NCBI GenBank assembly: GCA_025351245.1
Contig: JANXWH010000087.1
Span: 4,822-68,821, forward strand
Reading direction: 5' to 3'
From: Chloroflexota bacterium
GTDB lineage: Bacteria; Chloroflexota; Limnocylindria; Limnocylindrales; CSP1-4
DNA: 64,000 nt
The notes beneath the pieces are model-generated. The model was not told the origin of the DNA and did not search any database. It saw only the letters and a list, made by a program, of their open reading frames with translations. The translations under genes were made by a program, and so were the position numbers. This document shows, piece by piece, positions 29,129-39,882 of this stretch (the first letter of the stretch is position 1; every line of letters begins with the position of its first letter).

Positions 29129-30292
29129 GTGACGGGCGCGGCCCGCTTTGAGGTCCTCGTGCCACCGCCGGCCGACGGCTCCACGCGGGCGCGGCTGGGC
29201 AGGCTCCACCTGCCTCGCGGCGTGGTGGAGACGCCGACCTTCATGCCGGTCGGCACGAACGCGACGATCAAGGCGCTCCACCCCGACGAGATCGAGGAGA
29301 CCGGTGCCCAGATCATCCTCGCCAACACGTACCACCTCTACCTCCGGCCGGGGCACGAGCGGATCGCCCGGCTCGGCGGCCTCCACGAGTTCATGAGCTG
29401 GCCACACCCCATCCTCACGGACTCCGGCGGCTTCCAGGTGGTCTCGCTGGGCGACCTCAACGTGATCGACGACGATGGAGTCACGTTCCAGAGCCACCAT
29501 GATGGGTCGCGCCACCGGTTCACCGCGGAGCGCTCGATGGAGATCCAGGCGGCGCTGGGTGCCGATGTGGCAGTCGCGTTCGACCAGCCGGTCCCGCCTT
29601 CCTCCACGGATCTGCGCGACGTCGCGATCGCCACGGAGCGGACGCACCGCTGGGCGCTCCGTTCCCTGGAGGCGCACCGCCGCCCGGACCAGGCGCTCTT
29701 CGGGGTGATCCAGGGCGGCCTTGACCCGGCCCTCCGGCGGCAGTCCGCCGCTTTCATCGCGGGGCTCCCGTTCGACGGCCTCAACATCGGCGGCCTGGCC
29801 GGCGACGAGACGCCCGCCCAGCGCGAGGCTGTCCTGGACCTCGTGGTCCGCGAGCTCGACGGGGATCCGCGCGTCCGCTACCTGATGGGCCTCGGCTCGC
29901 CCGCGGACCTGCTCGAGGCGGTCCATCGCGGCGTTGACCTGTTCGACTCCGTGCTGCCGGCGAGGGTGGCCCGCAACGGTCAGCTCTGGGTTCCGGGCGG
30001 CCGGCTCAACATTCGCAACGAGCGCTTCCGCGACGACCCGGGGCCGGTCCAGGAGGGTTGCCGATGCCTGCTCTGCCGGCGCTTCAGCCGGGCCTACCTC
30101 GCCCACCTGTTCCGGGCGGATGAGCTGCTGGCATACCGGCTCGCGACTTGTCACAACCTCACCTTCACCCTAGACTTCATGGCCGGGATCCGGGCAGCCC
30201 TGCGCACCGGAGACCTCCCTGAACGCCTTCCGGAGCTGCGCCAACACGCACCCCGGCGAAGTCACGATGCATCGGCAGTGCAGCTCGCGTGA
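29129..30292 (+). CDS. tgt: queuine tRNA-ribosyltransferase
   Basis: GTG 29129. VETPTFMPVGT, ILANTYHL, LTDSGGFQV, GLAGDE and a Zn site C.C..C. 387 aa. Confidence 0.93.
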   Translation: MTGAARFEVLVPPPADGSTRARLGRLHLPRGVVETPTFMPVGTNATIKALHPDEIEETGAQIILANTYHLYLRPGHERIARLGGLHEFMSWPHPILTDSGGFQVVSLGDLNVIDDDGVTFQSHHDGSRHRFTAERSMEIQAALGADVAVAFDQPVPPSSTDLRDVAIATERTHRWALRSLEAHRRPDQALFGVIQGGLDPALRRQSAAFIAGLPFDGLNIGGLAGDETPAQREAVLDLVVRELDGDPRVRYLMGLGSPADLLEAVHRGVDLFDSVLPARVARNGQLWVPGGRLNIRNERFRDDPGPVQEGCRCLLCRRFSRAYLAHLFRADELLAYRLATCHNLTFTLDFMAGIRAALRTGDLPERLPELRQHAPRRSHDASAVQLA

Positions 30293-30334
30293 AGGCCAGG
30301 TCGGTACCCTTGAGTTCCGCGGAGGCGTTCGACG

Positions 30335-30496
30335 ATGGGTCAGCGAGACCGTCCCCACCGCGAGGTGAAGAAGAAGTCCAAGGCTCCGGAGGCGAAGCCA
30401 AAGCTCCAGCCGTTCCTCGAAGTGCCGCAGAACGTCGAGCTCATCAAGCCGAAACGCAAGCCGCGCACGGTCGTCGAGGAAGAGCCGGAGGGCTGA
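30335..30496 (+). CDS. small Lys-rich hypothetical protein (53 aa), absent from the ORF track
   Basis: ATG 30335 lies 9 nt after [58 protein letters not shown]. About 85% G/C at third codon positions, as in neighbouring genes. The competing 94-aa track ORF 30289..30573 is Arg/Ser/Gly junk. Confidence 0.55.
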   Translation: MGQRDRPHREVKKKSKAPEAKPKLQPFLEVPQNVELIKPKRKPRTVVEEEPEG

Positions 30497-30563
30497 GCAG
30501 CCGGACGGGCGCGTCATCGTCCGTTCCGTCGGGGCCGACCGAACCAGACAGGAGCACGACGAG

Positions 30564-31613
30564 ATGGCGATGACGGAGCGGAGTGGGGCATCGGCCGCGG
30601 AGCGCACGAAGGCGGTCGAGGCAGCGATCCTCGCGATCGAGAAGCAGTTCGGGCGCGGATCGATCATGAAGCTCGGCTCATCCGAACGGCAGCAGGTCGA
30701 CGTCATCCCGACCGGCTCGATCGCCCTGGACCTGGCGCTCGGCGTCGGGGGCATCCCGCGCGGCCGGGTCACGGAGGTGTTCGGCCCTGAGTCGTCCGGC
30801 AAGACCACGCTCTGCCAGCACGTCATTGCGGAGGCGCAGCGGCGCGGGGGCGTGGCCGCCTTCATCGACGTGGAGCATGCCCTCGACCCCGGCTATGCCC
30901 GCGCCTGCGGCGTCAACGTCGATGAGCTCCTCGTCAGCCAGCCGGACACCGGCGAGCAGGCCCTCGAGATCACGGAGACGCTCATCCGTTCCGGCGGGAT
31001 CGACATCGTCGTGGTCGACTCGGTCGCGGCGCTCGTTCCTCGGGCCGAGATCGAGGGCGAGATGGGGGACAGCTTCGTCGGCATCCAGGCCCGCCTGATG
31101 AGCCAGGCCCTTCGCAAGCTGGCGGGCGCCGTCAGCCGCTCCAACACCTCGCTCGTCTTCACCAACCAGCTGCGCGAGAAGATCGGGGTCATGTTCGGGA
31201 ACCCGGAAGTCACCCCCGGCGGTCGCGCCCTCAAGTTCTATGCCACGGTGCGGCTCGACATCCGGCGTGTCGAGACGATCAAGAGCGGCACGGAGTCGAT
31301 CGGCAACCGGGTTCGCGTCAAGGTCGTCAAGAACAAGGTCGCGCCGCCCTTCCGGGTGGCCGAGTTCGACATCATGTACGGCGACGGGATCAGCCGCGAG
31401 GGCGGCCTCCTCGACGTCGGCGTGGCGATGGACGTGGTGACGAAGACGGGCGCCTGGTTCACCTTCGGCGAGACCCGCCTGGGCCAGGGCCGGGAAGCCG
31501 CGAAAGGATTCCTGCGCGATAACCCGGCCGTCGGGGCCGACATCGAGACGCGGATCCGGGCCAGCATGGCGAGCGTCGCCATTCCCGTCGAGGGCATTTC
31601 CGAGGCCGAGTAG
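30564..31613 (+). CDS. recA: recombinase RecA
   Basis: [17 protein letters not shown]-like FIDVEHALD and L2 loop motifs. 349 aa. Confidence 0.98.
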   Translation: MAMTERSGASAAERTKAVEAAILAIEKQFGRGSIMKLGSSERQQVDVIPTGSIALDLALGVGGIPRGRVTEVFGPESSGKTTLCQHVIAEAQRRGGVAAFIDVEHALDPGYARACGVNVDELLVSQPDTGEQALEITETLIRSGGIDIVVVDSVAALVPRAEIEGEMGDSFVGIQARLMSQALRKLAGAVSRSNTSLVFTNQLREKIGVMFGNPEVTPGGRALKFYATVRLDIRRVETIKSGTESIGNRVRVKVVKNKVAPPFRVAEFDIMYGDGISREGGLLDVGVAMDVVTKTGAWFTFGETRLGQGREAAKGFLRDNPAVGADIETRIRASMASVAIPVEGISEAE

Positions 31614-31627
31614 CGGCCCGGCGCAGC

Positions 31628-32260
31628 ATGCCCCGCACCCCCCGGGAGTCGCTCGCCGATCGCCGCTCGCGCCGGGCAGCCGTCGACGACCCTGCCGACG
31701 TGCTGGCGGCCGCCGCGCGCTTCCTCGAGACGCGCCCGCGCTCGTCGGACGAGGTCCGGCGCCGGCTGCGCGATGCGGGCTACCGGGCCGATCTCGTAGA
31801 GGGCACGCTGGACCGGTTGACCGGGCTCGGCTACCTGGACGACGCCGCGTTCGCGCGCGCCTGGGTGGAGTCGCGGGATCGGGCGCGACCGCGCGGGGCG
31901 CGCGCCCTCCGTTACGAGCTGCGCCGAATGGGCATCGCGGCGGCGGATGCGGAGGCGGCGCTCGCCGCACGAGAGGCGCGCGCCTCCGGCGCTGATCCCG
32001 ACGATCCGCGGCTGGTGCCCGGGGCGGGGGAGCGGGCCGCCTCGGAGGCGTCCGATGACGCGGCCGCGGCGCGGCTCCTCGCCCGGAAGGGCCCCGGCCT
32101 CCTCCGCGAGCACGACCTTCGGAAGCGACGCGCAAAGGCGTATGCGCTGCTCGCTCGGGGCGGATTCGATCCCGGGACGGCCGGGCGGGCGTCGGTGGCC
32201 TGGCTCGCGGCGACCGGCACGATCTCCCCTGACGACGAGGAGCCCGCCACCGAGCCGTGA
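31628..32260 (+). CDS. recX: RecA regulator RecX
   Basis: Repeated three-helix modules ([38 protein letters not shown]) and a position immediately after recA. Confidence 0.85.
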   Translation: MPRTPRESLADRRSRRAAVDDPADVLAAAARFLETRPRSSDEVRRRLRDAGYRADLVEGTLDRLTGLGYLDDAAFARAWVESRDRARPRGARALRYELRRMGIAAADAEAALAAREARASGADPDDPRLVPGAGERAASEASDDAAAARLLARKGPGLLREHDLRKRRAKAYALLARGGFDPGTAGRASVAWLAATGTISPDDEEPATEP

Positions 32261-32328
32261 GCGTGGCGGGCGCCGGGAGCCATGCGGGCAACCCGCGCGG
32301 GGCCGCCCGGCCCGTTTCGTGCCCGATC

Positions 32329-32351
32329 CGTGCCCGAAATGGGGCACGTTT
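32329..32351 (+). terminator. candidate intrinsic terminator after recX
   Basis: CGTGCCC-GAAATG-GGGCACG hairpin at 32329-32348 followed by TTT. The U-tract is short, so this is weak. Confidence 0.4.
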
Positions 32352-32568
32352 GACCCTCCGGCCCGCTGGCCGTAGGCTACGTGCACCAAAGTACGGCGCC
32401 GCGGGTGCGACGCCGGTTGTCACGTTCCGACTCATCCATCGCGGCGAGCCCACGCCGAAGCCCGGTCCGCGTATTCACCCGAGGTCAGCGGGCCGGTCCC
32501 GACGTATCGCCGTTCCCGAACGATCACTCGCCGGCCGCTCACCCGGCCGGTCGGGAGGCGACAGCATC

Positions 32569-34101
<1,533 letters not shown>

Positions 34102-34103
34102 CG

Positions 34104-34925
34104 GTGGCCGACTCGCGGGCGCCGCGCCGCTGCCGGATCCTCATGATCGGCGATGTGATCGGCCGCCCGGGCCGCGAAGCCATCGAGCGCGAGCTGCCCG
34201 GCCTGCGCGACGTCTACGGGGTTGACTTCGTCACCGCCAACGGGGAGAACCTCGCGGGCGGGATGGGTCTGACCACGCCTACCGCCGAGTCCCTGTTCCG
34301 GGCCGGCGTGGATGTCATCACGTCCGGGAATCACATCTGGGACAAGAAGGAGATCCTGCCGGCGCTCGATCGAGACGAGCGGATCCTGCGACCCCACAAC
34401 TACGGGACGGATGGCGTGCCGGGCCGCGGCTGGGGCGCGTACGTGGCAGCCGACGGGACGGACATCGCCGTCCTCAACTTCCAGGGCCGCACGTACATGA
34501 TCCCGATCGAGAACCCGTTCACCGATGCCGATCACCTCCTGGACGAAGGCGCAGACGCGCTGCCGCCGGTTCGGCTCGTCGACTTCCACTGCGAGCTGAC
34601 GAGCGAGAAGAACGCCTTCGGGCTCCACCTCGATGGGCGCGTGAGCGCGGTGGTCGGAACGCACACGCACGTCCCGACAGCGGACGAGCGGATCCTGCCG
34701 CGCGGAACGGCCTACCAGAGTGACCTCGGCATGACCGGGCCGCTCCACAGCGTGATCGGCTTCGCGCCGGCCACCGTCCTGCCGCGCTTCATCAATGGGC
34801 TGCCGACACGGTTCGAGGTGGGTGGCTGGCCGGTGGTCCTCAACGCGCTCCTGATCGACGTGGACCCCGCCACTGGCCGGGCGCTCACGGTGGAGCGCGT
34901 CCGGCGGATCGTCGAGGCCGCCTGA
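34104..34925 (+). CDS. ymdB: YmdB-family metallophosphoesterase (2',3'-cyclic-nucleotide 2'-phosphodiesterase)
   Basis: ILMIGDVIGRPGR, TANGENLAGG, SGNHIWD, GTHTHV. Conserved rny-ymdB pairing. Confidence 0.9.
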   Translation: MADSRAPRRCRILMIGDVIGRPGREAIERELPGLRDVYGVDFVTANGENLAGGMGLTTPTAESLFRAGVDVITSGNHIWDKKEILPALDRDERILRPHNYGTDGVPGRGWGAYVAADGTDIAVLNFQGRTYMIPIENPFTDADHLLDEGADALPPVRLVDFHCELTSEKNAFGLHLDGRVSAVVGTHTHVPTADERILPRGTAYQSDLGMTGPLHSVIGFAPATVLPRFINGLPTRFEVGGWPVVLNALLIDVDPATGRALTVERVRRIVEAA

Positions 34926-35839
34926 TGGGCCGCGGCCGCCGGGCGCCGGGCGCCGGGCGGATCGTCCCGCCAGGGCCGACGGTGGTCGACCTGCACGCGC
35001 ACACGTGCCGCTCGGACGGGCTGCTGGAGCCGTCCGCGCTGGTGGCGGCCGCAGCCGCCGCGGGCGTCCGGACCCTCGCGATCACGGACCACGACACGCT
35101 GGCGGGCTACCGGGACCTGGTCGCGCCGGGTGCGGGGCCACTTCCGCCCGGGCTGGATGTGCTCCCCGGCGTGGAGATCAACGCCATGGCCGGCGGTCTC
35201 AACCTGCCCGACGGCGAGCTCCATATCGTTGGCCTGGGCGTGGACCCGGCCGACGTCGCGTTCGAGGCGGCCCTTGCCGAGCAGCGCGGCGGGCGCCGGC
35301 GACGTTTCGAGCGGATGGCGGCCCGGCTTCGCGCCGCGGGGCTTGGCGTGGACGCTCAGCTGGCCGGCCTGGACCTGACCCGGGACGATGCGCTGGGACG
35401 CCCGACGCTCGCTCGCGCGCTCGTGGCGGCGGGGATCGCGACGAGCGTCCAGGACGCGTTCGCGCGGTTCGTGGGCCGCGGCGGGCCCGGCTACGTGCCC
35501 CGGGAGGGACTGGGACCGGTCGAGGCGATCCGCGCCATCCGTGGCGCGGGCGGGATTCCGGTGCTCGCGCACTTCTCCGTCGCACCATCTCGCCGGGTCC
35601 TCCTCCGCGAGCTGATGAACTCTGGCCTCGCGGGTCTCGAGGTCCATCATCGAAGCTTCGACACCGCGACCGTGGCCGCGGTCGGGGCAGTCGCGCGCGA
35701 CCTGGGCCTGCTGCCGTCGGGAGGGACGGACTACCACGGCGACGACGAAACCTACGCGGAGGCGATCGGGGAGACCTGGGTTCCGCCGGAGATCGCGGCC
35801 GGTGTCCTGGCTGCGCTCCAGGTGGGGGTCGTGGCGTGA
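34925..35839 (+). CDS. PHP-domain phosphoesterase (TrpH/YciV-like)
   Basis: VDLHAHTCRSDG, LAITDHDT, LAHF...GLEVHH. ATG shares its A with the ymdB stop. Confidence 0.85.
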   Translation: MGRGRRAPGAGRIVPPGPTVVDLHAHTCRSDGLLEPSALVAAAAAAGVRTLAITDHDTLAGYRDLVAPGAGPLPPGLDVLPGVEINAMAGGLNLPDGELHIVGLGVDPADVAFEAALAEQRGGRRRRFERMAARLRAAGLGVDAQLAGLDLTRDDALGRPTLARALVAAGIATSVQDAFARFVGRGGPGYVPREGLGPVEAIRAIRGAGGIPVLAHFSVAPSRRVLLRELMNSGLAGLEVHHRSFDTATVAAVGAVARDLGLLPSGGTDYHGDDETYAEAIGETWVPPEIAAGVLAALQVGVVA

Positions 35840-37539
35840 CATCCCGCCACCTTCCAGTCCTCGATCTCGCCCCGCCCGCGGTCGCGCCCGACGGGCCCCG
35901 TCCCGCGGCCGCCGCCGCCGATGCGCGCGTCGCCGAGTTCCGGCCGGTGGACCAGGCACTCCCGCGCTTCTGGGTCTGGACCCTGGGCTGCCAGATGAAC
36001 AAGAGCGACTCGGAGGAGATGGCCGGTCGACTCCTCGCGACAGGCTGCGCGGAAGCACCGGGGATGGAGGCGGCCGACCTCATTGTCATCAACACGTGCG
36101 CCATCCGCGAGGCGGCCGAGGCGAAGGTGATCGGTCGTCAGGGAGCGCTGGCCGCGCTCAAGGCCGCCAACCCGGCGCTCCGCGTGGTCCTCACCGGCTG
36201 TGCCGTACGAGAGCGCGACCGGGCCGGCCTTCGGCGCAGGTTCCCCGCGGTCGACCTCTTCCTGCGCCCCGACGAGGAGCCGGAGCTGGTGGAGCGGCTG
36301 GGCCTCGCCTCCGCCCAGGGCCCGGTCGGCCTGGGCAGCGGGAATGGGGCTCCGAACCCACCCGGCTCCGCCGTGGCTCCCCGAACGGCGGCAACCACCG
36401 TTGTCAAGGGCGTTGCGGTCTCGGCCGCCGATCATCTCGCGGGCTCTCGCGCGGACGCCGTCGCATCGGGCGCGGTGCGCCGCGAATCGGCCGTCGCCGC
36501 GTGGCTCCCGATCATCTATGGCTGCGACAAGACCTGCACCTACTGCATCGTGCCGTTCAGCCGCGGCCCAGAGCGGAGCCGGCCGTTCGACGAGGTGGTG
36601 GACGAGGCGCGGGCGCTCGCCGCTGCGGGCTACCGCGAGATCACGCTCCTGGGCCAGAACGTCAACAGCTACGGCCATGACCTGCCCGCCGAGGCGCGCT
36701 TCGCCCACGTCGCCGAGGCGCGCCGGGCCGGGCGACAGATCGATCGGGCTTCGCGGCCCGACCTGGCCGAGCTGATCCGGGCCATCGACGCCCTGCGCGG
36801 ACCCGACGGGGGCCTTGCCGTGCCGCGCCTCCGGTTCATCACCTCGCACCCGTGGGACCTCTCGGACCGGCTCGTCGACGCGATGGCCGAGGCGCCCAGC
36901 GTCTGCGCGGCGCTCCACCTGCCGGTCCAGTCCGGCGACGACGAGGTGCTCCACCGGATGGGTCGGCAGTATTCGATCGCTCACTACGAGGAGCGCCTCG
37001 GCCGCATCCGCGGGGCGATCCCGGGCATCGCCGTCAGCACGGACGTGATCGTCGGCTTCTGCGGCGAGACCGAGGCCCAGTTCGCCTCCACGCTGCGCCT
37101 GCTCGAGACGATCCGCTACGAGCAGGTATTCGCGGCCGCCTACTCGCCACGCCCGGGCACGCCGGCGACGCGGCTTCCCGACGACGTCCCGGCCGCCGTC
37201 AAGAAGGAGCGCCTGAACCGGCTGCTGGCCCTCCAGGAGGAGATCGGCTTCGCGCGGAACCGCGAGCGACTCGGGAGCGTTGCCTCCGTCCTTGTCGACA
37301 CGCTGGAGCGGCCCCGTGGCCACGATCACGCTGAGGAGGGGGGCGAGCCGCCGCCGCCGACCCTGGCGGGCCGTGATCCGTTCGCCGCGCCGCTTCCGGA
37401 CGGCTGGGTTCGCCTGGCCGGGCGCTCGCGTGAGAACCGGCTGGTCCACCTGGCCGGCCCGGCGGCGATCGTCGGGAGCATCGTCGACGTGCGCATCGAG
37501 GCGGTCGGTCCGTACAGCCTGCGGGGAGTCCTCGCCTGA
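35836..37539 (+). CDS. miaB: tRNA-i6A37 methylthiotransferase MiaB
   Basis: GTG 35836 overlaps the PHP stop (GTGA). TLGCQMN, radical-SAM CDKTCTYC and a TRAM domain C-terminus. 567 aa. Confidence 0.93.
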   Translation: MTSRHLPVLDLAPPAVAPDGPRPAAAAADARVAEFRPVDQALPRFWVWTLGCQMNKSDSEEMAGRLLATGCAEAPGMEAADLIVINTCAIREAAEAKVIGRQGALAALKAANPALRVVLTGCAVRERDRAGLRRRFPAVDLFLRPDEEPELVERLGLASAQGPVGLGSGNGAPNPPGSAVAPRTAATTVVKGVAVSAADHLAGSRADAVASGAVRRESAVAAWLPIIYGCDKTCTYCIVPFSRGPERSRPFDEVVDEARALAAAGYREITLLGQNVNSYGHDLPAEARFAHVAEARRAGRQIDRASRPDLAELIRAIDALRGPDGGLAVPRLRFITSHPWDLSDRLVDAMAEAPSVCAALHLPVQSGDDEVLHRMGRQYSIAHYEERLGRIRGAIPGIAVSTDVIVGFCGETEAQFASTLRLLETIRYEQVFAAAYSPRPGTPATRLPDDVPAAVKKERLNRLLALQEEIGFARNRERLGSVASVLVDTLERPRGHDHAEEGGEPPPPTLAGRDPFAAPLPDGWVRLAGRSRENRLVHLAGPAAIVGSIVDVRIEAVGPYSLRGVLA

Positions 37540-38513
37540 CGACGGGGGAGGGGAGCACGGCGGAACGGCGGCCGCCGCTCGTCGTTGTCGGCGGCCCGAC
37601 TGCCACCGGCAAGACCGCCCTTGCCGTGCGCCTTGCGCTCGCGCTCGGCGCCGACGGCATCCCGGCAGCGGTCATCTCGGCGGACTCGCGCCAGGTCTAC
37701 CGCGGGACCGACGTCGCGACCGCGAAGCCCACCCTCGCCGAGCGCCGGGGCGTGCGGCACCACGGCCTGGACCTCGCCGATCCGGACGAGCCCTTCTCCG
37801 TGGCCGAGTTCGCGGTCCACGTGGAGACGGTCCTGCCGGGGCTCGCCGCGCGCGGGGGTGTCGCGCTCCTCGTGGGCGGCACCGGGTTCTGGCTGCGCGC
37901 GATCGCCGACGGCCTCGCCATCGATGCGCTTCCGTGGGACCCGTCCGTCCGGGCCGTCCTGGAGGCCGATCTCGCCGACCACGGGCTGGGCGGCCTCGTG
38001 ACGCGCCTGCAGGCGACCGCGCCCGGGCTCGCCGCCCGCGTCGACCTGCACAACCCACGCCGGGTCGTGCGCGCCCTGGAGATCGCGACCCTCCAGGGCG
38101 ACGCCCCGCTTCCAGCGCCGCGCGGCTACGGCGGGCCGGTCCTGCGCATCACGCTCGATGTCGCCGATCGCGTGCTGCACAGGGCGTGGATCGCCGACCG
38201 TGCCGAGGTCCAGCTCGACGGAGGAATCCTCGCCGAGGCGGAGGCGCTGCGTGCCCGCTACCCGACCTCGCTGCCCGCGTTCTCCGCGATCGGGTACCGG
38301 GAGGCATGGGACCTGCTCGACGGGCGTATCGACCGGGCGGGCTACCTGGCGGCGAACGTCGGCCGCAATGTCGCGTATGCCCGGCGCCAGCGGACGTGGT
38401 TCCGCGCGGCGCCAGCCGACCTCGCGCTCGACGCCGGGGACCCGAGCGCACCGGACCGCGGGATCGAATGCGCGCGGGCCTTCGCCCAGACGTTCGCGCC
38501 GCGCGGCGCCTGA
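37536..38513 (+). CDS. miaA: tRNA dimethylallyltransferase MiaA; proposed CTG start
   Basis: P-loop GGPTATGKT (37590-37616) lies upstream of the first ATG/GTG/TTG (37626). The frame opens after TGA 37431-37433, and the only plausible start is CTG 37536, overlapping the miaB TGA 37537-37539. Confidence 0.85.
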   Translation: MTTGEGSTAERRPPLVVVGGPTATGKTALAVRLALALGADGIPAAVISADSRQVYRGTDVATAKPTLAERRGVRHHGLDLADPDEPFSVAEFAVHVETVLPGLAARGGVALLVGGTGFWLRAIADGLAIDALPWDPSVRAVLEADLADHGLGGLVTRLQATAPGLAARVDLHNPRRVVRALEIATLQGDAPLPAPRGYGGPVLRITLDVADRVLHRAWIADRAEVQLDGGILAEAEALRARYPTSLPAFSAIGYREAWDLLDGRIDRAGYLAANVGRNVAYARRQRTWFRAAPADLALDAGDPSAPDRGIECARAFAQTFAPRGA

Positions 38514-38554
38514 CGATCCCGGGGCCTGCGGCGCCGCCGCGGTATCCTCCGTGG

Positions 38555-39874
38555 ATGGCCCGCTCCACGACGATCGCACTTGCGTCGCCCGCCGAGAAGG
38601 CGTTCCTCGTCGCCGTCGATACCGGCGATGACCCCGGCTGGAACGCCCAGGACTCGCTGGCCGAGCTCGCCTCGCTCGCGGAGACGGCCGGCGCTTCCGT
38701 CGTCGGGGCCGAGTGGCAGAACCGCCGCCATGTCGACCCGAACTGGTACGTCGGCAAGGGGAAGGCGGAAGAGCTGGTCGCCGCGAAGGCCGAGACGGGC
38801 TTTGACCTGCTCGTCGCGGACGACGAGCTCTCGCCGAGCCAGCAGAAGGCGCTGGAGGGGCTGCTCTCGGTCAAGGTGATCGACCGAAGCCGGCTGATCC
38901 TGGACATCTTCGCCCAGCACGCCCGCACGCACGAGGGTCGGCTACAGGTGGAGCTCGCCCAGCTCGAGTACCAGCTGCCGCGCCTCACCCGGCTCTGGAC
39001 GCACCTCTCCCGGACCGGCGGCGGGATCGGGACCCGGGGGCCCGGCGAGAGCCAGCTGGAGACCGATCGCCGGCTGATCCGCGAACGGATCAAGAAGATG
39101 AAGGAACGCGTGGAGCAGGTCCGCCAGCAGCGTGCGACGGCGGCCCGCGGACGGGACCGCCGGCTCTACCCGACGGTGGCGATCGTCGGCTACACGAACG
39201 CGGGCAAGTCCACCCTCCTCAACTCGCTCGTGGGCAGCCAGGTCGCGCTCGCCGAGGACAAGCTCTTCGTCACGCTCGACCCGACCAGCCGGCAGGTCAA
39301 GCTCGGCGACGGCCAGACCGCCATCGTCACCGACACGGTCGGCTTCATCCACAAGCTGCCGCACCAGCTCGTCGATGCCTTCCGGGCGACCCTCGAGGAG
39401 GTGACCCGCGCGGACGTCCTCATCGAGGTCGTGGACGCCTCCGACGCCCACTTCGCGGAGCACAGGGCGACCGTCCAGACGGTCCTCGACGAGCTCGGCG
39501 CGGGGACGAAGTTGCGGCTCATCGCCTTCAACAAGGCGGACCTGCTCGTCGCCGGCGGCGGGGTCGCGGCCCAGGCGCCGATCGTCGCCGGCAGCGTGCT
39601 GGTGTCGGCGCTCACCGGCTTCGGCCTCGACGCGCTCCGCGACGGGGTCGCGGCCCTCCTCGCGTCGCTCTGGGAGGACATCGACGTCGCCGTCCCGTAC
39701 GCCGCGGGGGAGCTCCTGGCGCGCGTCCGCGAGCGGGGCACCGTGGAGGTCGAGTACGGCCAGCGTGACGTCCACGTCCGCGGCCGCGTGGGGCCGGCCC
39801 TCGCCGGCGAGCTCTCGGCGGTTGCGGCGCGCTGGGCGGAGTCACTCCGCGAGGCCGAGCGGGCAGACGCCTGA
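38555..39874 (+). CDS. hflX: GTPase HflX
   Basis: ATG 38555. HflX N-domain (RLQVELAQLEYQLPRL), G1 GYTNAGKST, DTVGF, NKAD. It is only part of an 864-aa track ORF. Confidence 0.93.
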   Translation: MARSTTIALASPAEKAFLVAVDTGDDPGWNAQDSLAELASLAETAGASVVGAEWQNRRHVDPNWYVGKGKAEELVAAKAETGFDLLVADDELSPSQQKALEGLLSVKVIDRSRLILDIFAQHARTHEGRLQVELAQLEYQLPRLTRLWTHLSRTGGGIGTRGPGESQLETDRRLIRERIKKMKERVEQVRQQRATAARGRDRRLYPTVAIVGYTNAGKSTLLNSLVGSQVALAEDKLFVTLDPTSRQVKLGDGQTAIVTDTVGFIHKLPHQLVDAFRATLEEVTRADVLIEVVDASDAHFAEHRATVQTVLDELGAGTKLRLIAFNKADLLVAGGGVAAQAPIVAGSVLVSALTGFGLDALRDGVAALLASLWEDIDVAVPYAAGELLARVRERGTVEVEYGQRDVHVRGRVGPALAGELSAVAARWAESLREAERADA

Positions 39875-39882
39875 TCGCACCG

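Noticed and set aside
30293-30563. Possible LexA/SOS box upstream of recA (GTTC-N9-GTTC at ~30315-30331; GTTCCGTC..GACCGAAC at ~30522-30545)
   Set aside because: Neither matches a known consensus: GAAC-N4-GTTC (Gram-positive Cheo box), CTGT-N8-ACAG, or GTTC-N7-GTTC. The spacing and orientation are wrong.
37280-39874. 864-aa ORF covering miaA and hflX
   Set aside because: Its N-terminal 425 aa are an Arg/Pro-rich out-of-frame read through miaA. HflX starts at ATG 38555.
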